Origin: Anaerolineales bacterium
Lineage (GTDB): Bacteria; Chloroflexota; Anaerolineae; Anaerolineales; Villigracilaceae
Direction of reading: 5' to 3'
Length of the DNA: 38,659 nucleotides
NCBI GenBank assembly: GCA_049792555.1
Contig: JBARBA010000557.1
Coordinates: forward strand, 1 to 38,659
The notes beneath the pieces were generated by a model. The model was given only the letters and a program-made list of their open reading frames with translations, made no database searches and was not told the origin of the DNA. Position 1 is the first letter of the stretch. Each line of letters begins with the position of its first letter. Made by a program: the position numbers and the translations under genes. Shown piece by piece: positions 9,328-16,276 of the stretch.

Positions 9328-9531
9328 ATGACTGTTAAATTGGTTTTACGTGATAAAGAAGTGGAAGTCAGGCCGGGCATGAACTTGCTCGATGCGCTCA
9401 AAAAAGCCGGCATCCTGCCCGAAGCGGTCATCGCCACACGCGGCGGCGAAATGATCCTTGAAGACGAGATACTCAAGGACGGCGACGTGATCCGGCTGAT
9501 TGCGGTAATTTCGGGTGGATATGAAATGTAA
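9328..9531 (+). CDS. ttuB: ThiS/MoaD-fold sulfur-carrier protein (TtuB-like) with GG followed by a 3-residue tail
   Basis: 67 aa with a ubiquitin-like pattern, ending ...VIRLIAVISGG-YEM. Sits immediately upstream of, and overlapping, ttuA. Confidence 0.7.
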   Translation: MTVKLVLRDKEVEVRPGMNLLDALKKAGILPEAVIATRGGEMILEDEILKDGDVIRLIAVISGGYEM

Positions 9532-10459
9532 AACTTGCGGCGGGAAAGCCGTCGTCAACCTGAAGCAGCACCGGCTGGCCCTGTGCAAGGAACACTTCCT
9601 GGATTGGCTCCCCGACCAGACGGCGCGCTTTATCAAAAAGTACCGCATGTTCGGCCCGGACGAGAAAATTTTGGTGGCGGTTTCGGGCGGCAAGGATTCG
9701 CTTTCGCTGTGGGATATTCTCCTGCGCCTGGGCTACCAGGCCGACGGGCTGTATCTTGGCTTAGGGATTAACCCGCCCTCCGAAAGCGGCCTGGGCTACT
9801 CGAACGAGTCGCACCGTTTAACCGAGAAATTTGCCGCCGAACGCGGACTCAAGCTGCACGTGGTCGATATCGAAAAAACGTACGGCCATAGTATCCCGGT
9901 GTTGGCCGACAACTCAAAGCGCGGACGGGGCAAACCTTGCTCGGTGTGCGGCGTGGTCAAGCGCCACGAGTTAAACCGCGTGGCCCGCGACATGGGCTAC
10001 GACGTGCTGGCTACCGGCCACAACCTGGATGATGAAGCAGCCGTCTTGTTTGGCAATACGCTTTCATGGTCCGCCGACTTTCTCTCGCGCCAGTGGCCGG
10101 TGCTGCCCGAACGCGACGGGCTGGCGCGCAAGGTCAAGCCCTTGTGCCGCTTTTACGAGAAGGAAATGGCGGCCTACGCCGTCCTGCGCGGCATCGAGTA
10201 TATCTATGAAGAATGCCCGTTTTCCGTCGGCTCGACTTCGATTTACTATAAGGAATTGCTCAACAAACTCGAAAACGACCGTCCCGGCGCGAAGATGGTT
10301 TTTTACATTTCGTACCTTGAAGCCAAGAGCAACGGCATGTTCGTCGAGCCGGAGACCATCCGCCCGGTCTTGAACGCCTGTCCGGTTTGCGGTCAGTCGA
10401 CGTCGTCCACCGGCGAGTGCTCGTTTTGCAGGATGATCAAGAAAGTGAGTAGCCAGTAA
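9521..10459 (+). CDS. ttuA: tRNA 2-thiolation protein TtuA/Ncs6 family (PP-loop ATPase with Zn fingers and an Fe-S cysteine set)
   Basis: N-terminal CKTCGG...LCKEHF; PP-loop VAVSGGKDS; CSVCGVVKRH; HNLDDEA; C-terminal CPVCG...CSFC. The start could be GTG 9515 or ATG 9521. Confidence 0.85.
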   Translation: MKCKTCGGKAVVNLKQHRLALCKEHFLDWLPDQTARFIKKYRMFGPDEKILVAVSGGKDSLSLWDILLRLGYQADGLYLGLGINPPSESGLGYSNESHRLTEKFAAERGLKLHVVDIEKTYGHSIPVLADNSKRGRGKPCSVCGVVKRHELNRVARDMGYDVLATGHNLDDEAAVLFGNTLSWSADFLSRQWPVLPERDGLARKVKPLCRFYEKEMAAYAVLRGIEYIYEECPFSVGSTSIYYKELLNKLENDRPGAKMVFYISYLEAKSNGMFVEPETIRPVLNACPVCGQSTSSTGECSFCRMIKKVSSQ

Positions 10460-10530
10460 TCAGTGTTCAGTGTGCAGTGTTCAGTGTGCAGTAGCCACCG
10501 ATTACTGAACACTGAACACTGAACACTGTA
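10453..10530. terminator. Palindromic block built from CAGTGTT-type units downstream of ttuA
   Basis: CAGTGTTCAGTGTGCAGTGTTCAGTGTGCAG ... CTGAACACTGAACACTGAACACTG. Several alternative long hairpins are possible and there is no clear U-tract. Confidence 0.45.
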
Positions 10531-10532
10531 AT

Positions 10533-10596
10533 TGCGGTCGCAGTCCTCCCGCTTGCGTTCGGGCTTGGCCCGGCGCTAATCAAAACAAGGAGCAAC
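10533..10596 (+). promoter_or_regulatory. Candidate preQ1-I-like riboswitch with an extra hairpin inserted before the A-rich tail
   Basis: GCGG-UCGCAGUCCUC-CCGC, then the hairpin GCGUUCGGGCUUGGCCCGGCGC, then UAAUCAAAACAAGGAG. The loop UCGCAGU and the tail CAAAACAAGG match my recollection of the Thermoanaerobacter preQ1-I aptamer (CUGGGUCGCAGUAACCCCAGUUAACAAAACAAGG). The tail covers the SD of the downstream yhhQ-type gene. Confidence 0.45.
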
Positions 10597-10598
10597 AA

Positions 10599-11312
10599 GT
10601 GAATACAGAAAGGCAGTTCCGTTATTTCGACCTGATCATGGCCGTCTTTGTGACCGTGCTCGTGGTCAGCAACGTGGCATCCTCGGCCAAGATCGTGGAT
10701 TTGCGTTTCAGCGTCTTGGGCGTAAAGATGGCCTTCGATGGGGGCACCATCCTTTTCCCTGTCAGTTACATTTTTGGCGACATCCTGACGGAAGTCTACG
10801 GCTACAAGCGTTCGCGCCGCGTGATCTGGACGGGTTTCTTCTGCCTGGCGCTTTCGGCGGTCGTATTCTGGGTGCTCCAGAACCTGCCGGGCGAGGCCAC
10901 CTGGCAGAGCTACGCCGGGGACGCAGCTTACACCGCCATCCTGGGCGGCATGGCCAGCGGCGGGATCGTGCTCGGCTCGTTGGCCGGGTTCTGGTCGGGG
11001 GAGTTTTCCAATTCTTTCGTGCTGGCAAAAATGAAAATCTGGACGGATGGCCGCTACCTGTGGACGCGCACCATTGGCAGCACCCTGGTCGGCGAACTGG
11101 TGGATTCTGCCGTTTTCGTGAGCGTGGCCTCGCTCTTTGGCGTTTTCCCCTGGAGTCTGTTCCTCACGTTGACGCTGACCAACTACCTGTTCAAGTGCGC
11201 CATTGAAGCCCTGATGACCCCGGCCACCTACGCTGCGGTTGGTTTCCTGAAGCGCGCCGAAAGCGAAGATTATTACGACAGGGAGACGGACTTTAATCCG
11301 TTTAAGGTGTAG
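10599..11312 (+). CDS. yhhQ: Queuosine-precursor transporter (YhhQ / DUF165, VUT family)
   Basis: FRYFDLIMAVFVTVLVVSNVASSAKI..., GGTILFPVSYIFGDILTEVYGYKRSRRVIW; polytopic membrane protein; GTG start. Confidence 0.85.
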   Translation: MNTERQFRYFDLIMAVFVTVLVVSNVASSAKIVDLRFSVLGVKMAFDGGTILFPVSYIFGDILTEVYGYKRSRRVIWTGFFCLALSAVVFWVLQNLPGEATWQSYAGDAAYTAILGGMASGGIVLGSLAGFWSGEFSNSFVLAKMKIWTDGRYLWTRTIGSTLVGELVDSAVFVSVASLFGVFPWSLFLTLTLTNYLFKCAIEALMTPATYAAVGFLKRAESEDYYDRETDFNPFKV

Positions 11313-11340
11313 GTTGTGGCGCGGCGTTGGCGCTGGCCAT

Positions 11341-11470
11341 GAAAGCTTTGGGTCTTCAGCAATTGGGTGGCCCCAGCCCGTCAGTCGGGATTACTCCCGA
11401 CGACGGGCTGATTACCAGAGTTTTTGTCTAGCAAGAAAAGCAAGTTATGCGCTACTGCCCTTTAAGTTTT
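11341..11470 (+). mobile_element. MITE/REP-like element, copy 1 (lacks the left terminal inverted repeat)
   Basis: About 130 bp, roughly 88% identical by eye to 16148-16277. Central hairpin CCCGTCAGTCGGG/CCCGACGACGGG (11377-11406). Confidence 0.7.
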
Positions 11471-11474
11471 TAAA

Positions 11475-11620
11475 CTTTCACCCTTCATCTTTCGGAACCC
11501 TAATCTCCAGCTTCCCCTCCGCCATCCGCACCGGGTAAGCGGGAATATCCACCACGGTGGGCATGCCGGTGGCTTTTTGCCGCTGCGCGCGTCGAAGGTT
11601 GCGCCGGGGCGCGGGCAGAC
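11475..11620 (-). pseudogene. Degenerate duplicate of the 3' end of the Rieske gene (compare 13215-13362)
   Basis: Aligns base for base with the 3' 146 bp of the intact Rieske CDS and its downstream flank. It carries a 2-nt insertion (frameshift) and CPRHG changed to CPRPG, and it has no 5' part. Confidence 0.75.
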
Positions 11621-11636
11621 TGTCTTTTATGCGTCT

Positions 11637-13103
11637 CTAACCCATCACCGGCTCGTAAAGCTTCTGGATATATTCCCTGGCGCTTTGCGCCCAGCTAAAT
11701 CTCGTTCTGAAACCGCGGCGCAGGAGTTGTTCGAAGCCGGGCTTATCCTGTTGATAATAATCCCTGGCATCGATTACTGCTTTAATTAAATTGGTCAAAA
11801 CTTCATCCCGCCTCGAACCGTCAAAACCGAATCCGGTGCCGTCGCTGTCAGTGTAGGGCTTTACGGTATCCAATAACCCGCCTGTCCATCTCACCAACGG
11901 CGGGGTGGCATTGCTCAACGATTCCATCTGCGTAATGCCGCACGGCTCATACAGGCTTGGCATCAGAAAAACGTCGCTTCCCAAACTGATTTGTTTGGCC
12001 CTGGCGGCGTCAAAGCAAATGGAGACAGCGCAATTCCTGCGTCCACTTAGCCGGCGCAACAGGTTTTCATACTCAGGCGCTCCTGTGCCCAGGAAGGCGA
12101 TATTCACCCCCGGTATATCGAGGAGGTGTTCTATAACGGTTTTCCCGTCAACCATCTCGGCTAAAAGCTTGAATTTCTGTTCTGCAAGACGTCCGACAAA
12201 TCCCAAGAGGAAAGCTTCCGGGGTTTGAAAAGTTTGAGAGATGATCTGCTTCATCTCTGCTTTTTCTTCCAGGGTGCGCAAGAAACGCTTATCGGTTGGT
12301 TTGGCGTTATAGACGAAGCCGTTTAGTATGCCAATTAACTTTCCCTGTTCACATAATCTTTTGGCAATTTCGTGCAGGCCTTTTCCACCTTCAAAGTAAC
12401 GACTTTGGTCTTCCGGCTGGGTGATCTCCATGCAGTAACCAGGGCTTACGGTGTTTACCATGTCCGAAAGTTCCAGCGCCAGCCTTAAGGGGTTGATGCT
12501 GTTCCATTCAACGCGCGGGTCCGTAAACATCTGACTTGTGGCGTCGTTGTTTAGCAGGCGCTCGATGTCCCAACCTCGAATTGTATCTTTGCCCACGTTG
12601 CCCTGATAACCGATGTTGTGGACCGTTAACACGCGCTTTTGGGGCATCTTTTCGCCAAACATTCGGCCGAACAGATAGCCCAAAGCCCAATCATTGATAT
12701 GAACAATATCGGGCTTCTTCTCATTAATGAGCCAAAGACAAGCCTCAGAGAAGAATGAAAAACGTAACAGGTCATCGTAAAAGGGAATCGTAGGACTGAA
12801 AATATAGGGCGTGCCATATTTCCCCTCAAAATACGTGGGATTTCTAAGGAGGTTAACCGGGACCCCTTTTATTTGCCCATGGTGGATTTGAACGATTTCA
12901 TCTTTGCCTTGATAAGAAAGCTTATATTCACCGTAAGGTGAATTGTCATACAGATCAGGGCTTGTCGACCCGTATAGCGGTGTGACAATTTCAATATCAA
13001 CACCCTGTTCTTTTAATGCTACGGGAAGTTCGGCCGCTACATCCCCAACGCCGCCAACTTTGGAATACGGTTTACATTCGGTTGCGATGTATAAAACTTT
13101 CAT
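11637..13103 (-). CDS. glgA: Glycogen/starch synthase (GT5)
   Basis: MKVLYIATECKPYSKVGGVGDVAAELPVAL (KxGG-type motif) and a C-terminal LMPSLYEPCGITQMESL block. GGGAGGG SD upstream. Sampled stretches are about 38% G+C, clearly lower than the flanks. Confidence 0.9.
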   Translation of the reverse strand: MKVLYIATECKPYSKVGGVGDVAAELPVALKEQGVDIEIVTPLYGSTSPDLYDNSPYGEYKLSYQGKDEIVQIHHGQIKGVPVNLLRNPTYFEGKYGTPYIFSPTIPFYDDLLRFSFFSEACLWLINEKKPDIVHINDWALGYLFGRMFGEKMPQKRVLTVHNIGYQGNVGKDTIRGWDIERLLNNDATSQMFTDPRVEWNSINPLRLALELSDMVNTVSPGYCMEITQPEDQSRYFEGGKGLHEIAKRLCEQGKLIGILNGFVYNAKPTDKRFLRTLEEKAEMKQIISQTFQTPEAFLLGFVGRLAEQKFKLLAEMVDGKTVIEHLLDIPGVNIAFLGTGAPEYENLLRRLSGRRNCAVSICFDAARAKQISLGSDVFLMPSLYEPCGITQMESLSNATPPLVRWTGGLLDTVKPYTDSDGTGFGFDGSRRDEVLTNLIKAVIDARDYYQQDKPGFEQLLRRGFRTRFSWAQSAREYIQKLYEPVMG

Positions 13104-13227
13104 TAGGCCCTCCCAATCGTTTTCATCTCTAAATATTGGGGTTGGATTCTTTGTAGTACGCTGCCAGAATTGATTGCAGCGTATTCCCTGCTATTCTTTG
13201 CAATTATCGTTCAGTTTTCACCCACTG

Positions 13228-13572
13228 TCAAACCTTCGGAACCCCAATCTCCAAATTTCCATTCACCACCCGCACCGGGTACGCGGGAATATCCACCACG
13301 GCAGGCATGCCGGTTGCCTTGCCGCTGCGCGCGTCGAAGGTTGCGCCGTGGCGCGGGCAGACCACGTTGAAGTCTTCCAGGTCGCCGTCGCCGAGCGGGC
13401 CTTCGTCGTGCGTGCAGACGTCGCCGATGGCGTAATACATCCCGGCAATGTTGAAGACCACGATGGGCCGGTCGGCGATTTCGACGAACAGGCGCTCGCC
13501 GTTCGCCAGGTCGGCAGGGCCGATCTCGACGTATTCGATTTTCGATGCTTCGAACTGAGTGTAATTAAACAT
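13228..13572 (-). CDS. Rieske [2Fe-2S] ferredoxin-type protein
   Basis: CTHDEGPL ... CPRHGATFDARSG (CxH...CxxH Rieske ligands), 114 aa. Confidence 0.85.
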   Translation of the reverse strand: MFNYTQFEASKIEYVEIGPADLANGERLFVEIADRPIVVFNIAGMYYAIGDVCTHDEGPLGDGDLEDFNVVCPRHGATFDARSGKATGMPAVVDIPAYPVRVVNGNLEIGVPKV

Positions 13573-13578
13573 TGAATT

Positions 13579-15108
13579 TCACTTCCCTTTCAGTCTGTAA
13601 ATCGCCCAACCGGCAAATTGACTCGCCTGGACCGGCGCATACAGCGCCTGCACTTGCGCCATCAAAGCGCCGGTGTCTGCGGCGCGATAGGCAAAGTGAC
13701 GGTCATTCAGTTTTTTATCGGGGGCGGTCAAAATAATCAGTTGCGGTTTTTGTGTCAGGATGTCGTCCAGGAACTCCGTCGCGCTTTTCCGGTCGGAATA
13801 TGCATACAGATCATACTGATACACAAAACGGGTGGGGCTGCGCCGCCGGGACATAAAGTTATAGGCGCTCTCGGCGCCCCACATCAAGACGCTGTCCTGC
13901 GGGCCGGTAGTCCTGTCGATATAACTCGTCAGGGCCAGCGCCCGGATGGCGCTTGGGCTGACGTCGTCGATCTCGACGTAGTCGTTATAGGTGACGGCGC
14001 ACAGCGTCAGGCCGAGCACCGTTGCTGTGAGCGCGACCGCCACCCGGGGGATTCCATACTGTGCGAGTGAGTCGAACAGCAGCCCCAGGCTCATCCCGCT
14101 AAAAACCGCAAAGACCGGCAGCACGGCGATAAAATACGGCGCGCGCGGGCGTCCGCCCACGCTGACCAGCGCAATTTCCAACGGCATGGCGATCACCGCC
14201 ATCCACAAAAAAGCGCGCAACGGCGGCGGGAAATGCTCCCGCTTGAAAAGAAGAATCATCAGGCTGGCGGCCCAGCCAAACATGGCGAGTTGCGCCAGGC
14301 CGACGTTCGCCAGCAAGTTCATGCCTGCCAGTAAAGCCGAAAAACGGTCGGCGCTGTTGCGCTCACCCGCATAAGCGAAATTGTACAGGAAGGCGTTGTC
14401 CCACAGGCGGCCCAGCGCCCCGTTTGCTTTGAAATAAACGGCGATCACGGCCACGACCAGCAGGCCGCCGGCCAGGATCGGGAGGAGATCGCGCGCCAGC
14501 TTGCGAAAGTCGTGCTTCCACAGCCGGGTAACCAGCAGGTAAATCCCGATCGCCAGGACAATCCCGATCGAAGTCTGGCGTGTGAAAAAGGTCAGGCCCG
14601 CCAGGAGGCCGATTAAAAATCCCCGCCAGCCGTATTTCCCGTCGCGTTCTGCAACGTAAAACAAAAACAGCGCGCCGCACTGCATTGCCAGGGGGTATTC
14701 TTCCGTCAGGTTGCCCCCGGCGAGGATATAAAGCAATGTAAACAGCCAGAAAAATGACGCCAGGATGGCCGGGAACAGGCCGAACAAGCGCTTCACCAGG
14801 GCGTAGAAAAGCGCCGCCGCAATCAAAAGCAGCAGCGCCTCGATCCACCACACGCCCCAGTTGGAGCCGGGCGTCAGACTCAGGCCAAGCGCATCCAGGT
14901 AATAAATGACCGGGGGTTTATGGTCCCAGACGTTGAGATAAGGCAATTCGCCGTTCAAGATGCGCCAGCCAACGTACAGGAAGACGCCAGAATCGCGCGA
15001 AGGGAACGGCTGCCTGGCCGGGCTGGCAGGGATCAATACCACCAACACCAGGCAAATAATCAACAGTATTTCAAGCGCGATAACGCCGCGTGATTTCAAT
15101 GCCTGCAT
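13579..15108 (-). CDS. GT-C fold membrane glycosyltransferase (ArnT/PMT, GT39/GT83-like)
   Basis: 509-aa polytopic protein. The first-loop region SRDSGVFLYVGWRILNGELPYLNVWDHKPPVIYYL resembles the ArnT/PMT_2 signature. Confidence 0.62.
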   Translation of the reverse strand: MQALKSRGVIALEILLIICLVLVVLIPASPARQPFPSRDSGVFLYVGWRILNGELPYLNVWDHKPPVIYYLDALGLSLTPGSNWGVWWIEALLLLIAAALFYALVKRLFGLFPAILASFFWLFTLLYILAGGNLTEEYPLAMQCGALFLFYVAERDGKYGWRGFLIGLLAGLTFFTRQTSIGIVLAIGIYLLVTRLWKHDFRKLARDLLPILAGGLLVVAVIAVYFKANGALGRLWDNAFLYNFAYAGERNSADRFSALLAGMNLLANVGLAQLAMFGWAASLMILLFKREHFPPPLRAFLWMAVIAMPLEIALVSVGGRPRAPYFIAVLPVFAVFSGMSLGLLFDSLAQYGIPRVAVALTATVLGLTLCAVTYNDYVEIDDVSPSAIRALALTSYIDRTTGPQDSVLMWGAESAYNFMSRRRSPTRFVYQYDLYAYSDRKSATEFLDDILTQKPQLIILTAPDKKLNDRHFAYRAADTGALMAQVQALYAPVQASQFAGWAIYRLKGK

Positions 15109-15144
15109 GGATCAAGGGTAGTGTAATTAAACATAGGTTACTCT

Positions 15145-15612
15145 TTAGGGAGATAGATCAATGGTTACGCTGGAACGATAACAGAATGGAGGACAGCCTT
15201 TCCCGTTTACACTGCTGGCGTCCAGACAAGAGCCGGGGTCCATTTTCTGGGTAAAAGTCTTGTCGTTTGCGTGAACCGTAACCGAATAGTCTTCCGGGGG
15301 ATAATCGAAGCTGTCAGCAATAAAAGCGCCGCCGCCGGTGCATTTGCTTGAATATTCACTGGTGGCGCCGCCGTTTGGGCATATGATCTTTTGCGCGCCT
15401 CCCGGAGAGTTTACGACAATTTCGTATGACTTTGGCATCTCGGTGTGGGAAAATCGAACATCAATGCCGGTTCCTAAAGCCCCCAATAATGTGCAAAACT
15501 TTTTACCAGCAAAAGTAAGTGGGCCGAGAAGAATAATATACGCCATAAAACCCAAGAACAAAAAGAACAATACAAAAAAAGCTGTTTTCTTAATCTTACT
15601 CCACCAGTTCAT
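15145..15612 (-). CDS. Hypothetical membrane-anchored Cys-rich protein, low G+C orphan
   Basis: N-terminal TM segment TAFFVLFFLFLGFMAYIILLG, then a domain of about 110 aa with 7 Cys. The start is uncertain (track start 15633 overlaps sufU). No known motif. Confidence 0.45.
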   Translation of the reverse strand: MNWWSKIKKTAFFVLFFLFLGFMAYIILLGPLTFAGKKFCTLLGALGTGIDVRFSHTEMPKSYEIVVNSPGGAQKIICPNGGATSEYSSKCTGGGAFIADSFDYPPEDYSVTVHANDKTFTQKMDPGSCLDASSVNGKGCPPFCYRSSVTIDLSP

Positions 15613-15991
15613 CACTGCTTTCCCCCAAACCATACACCCCGGCCTTGAGCACCTTGAGCGAAAGCAGCGCGCATTTCAGGCGCACCGGGCCAAGTTCGAT
15701 GCCCAGCAGGTCGAGCACGTCCTGGCGGTTGAGTTTCTTGACTTCGTCCAGTGGTTTGCCGATGACCGATTCGATCAACAGATCGGCAGAGGCCTGCGAG
15801 ATGGCGCAGCCGTGACCGTCGAAACGGGCGTCGCTGACTGCGCCGTTCTCGTCCACGCGCAACTCGATCTGGATGTGGTCGCCGCACAGCGGATTGCTGT
15901 CTTCGAAGAAGATATCGTGCGGTTCAAGATGCCCGCGGTACGACGGGTTTTTGTAGTGTTCGATGATGAGTTCGCGGTAGAGGTCGTCCAT
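15596..15991 (-). CDS. sufU: SUF-type Fe-S scaffold/sulfur acceptor (SufU/NifU-like)
   Basis: LYRELIIEHYKNPSYRG, NPLCGD, FDGHGCAISQASAD, RLKCALL. Confidence 0.88.
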   Translation of the reverse strand: MDDLYRELIIEHYKNPSYRGHLEPHDIFFEDSNPLCGDHIQIELRVDENGAVSDARFDGHGCAISQASADLLIESVIGKPLDEVKKLNRQDVLDLLGIELGPVRLKCALLSLKVLKAGVYGLGESSDELVE

Positions 15992-16022
15992 GATTCACCG
16001 TTTTAAGAGCTTGACACGAAGT

Positions 16023-16086
16023 CCACGAAGGAACACGTAGAAGAGCTTTTAAGGCTTTCCTTTGTGTATCTTGGTGTTCCTTGTGG
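16023..16086. repeat. Hairpin CCACGAAGGAACAC ... GTGTTCCTTGTGG in the sufS-sufU spacer
   Basis: 13-14 nt inverted arms separated by about 37 nt. AAGAGCTT direct repeats lie inside and beside it. Confidence 0.55.
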
Positions 16087-16094
16087 TTAAAATT

Positions 16095-16274
16095 TTAATC
16101 GCACTACCGCATAACTTGCTATTTTATATTTGACTTGCGGACCTCGATAAAGTTTTGGGTCTTCAGCAATTGGGTGGTCCCAGCCCGTAAGTCGGGCTTA
16201 ATCCCGACTTACGGGCTGATTACCAGAGTTGTTGTCCGGTAAGTAAAGCAAGTTATGCGCTACTGCCTTTAATC
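16095..16274 (+). mobile_element. MITE-like element, copy 2, about 180 bp with imperfect terminal inverted repeats of about 26 bp
   Basis: Left TIR TTAATCGCACTACCGCATAACTTGCT (16095-16120) matches the rc of the right TIR (16247-16274) at 22/26. Perfect 13-bp central hairpin CCCGTAAGTCGGG/CCCGACTTACGGG (16184-16215). The element ends 2 nt from the sufS stop codon. Confidence 0.68.
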
Positions 16275-16276
16275 TT

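Noticed and set aside
11314-11789. ORFs 11314..11538 and 11577..11789 (+)
   Set aside because: They lie over the MITE-like copy, the Rieske pseudogene fragment and the antisense strand of the glgA 3' end, with no coding signal.
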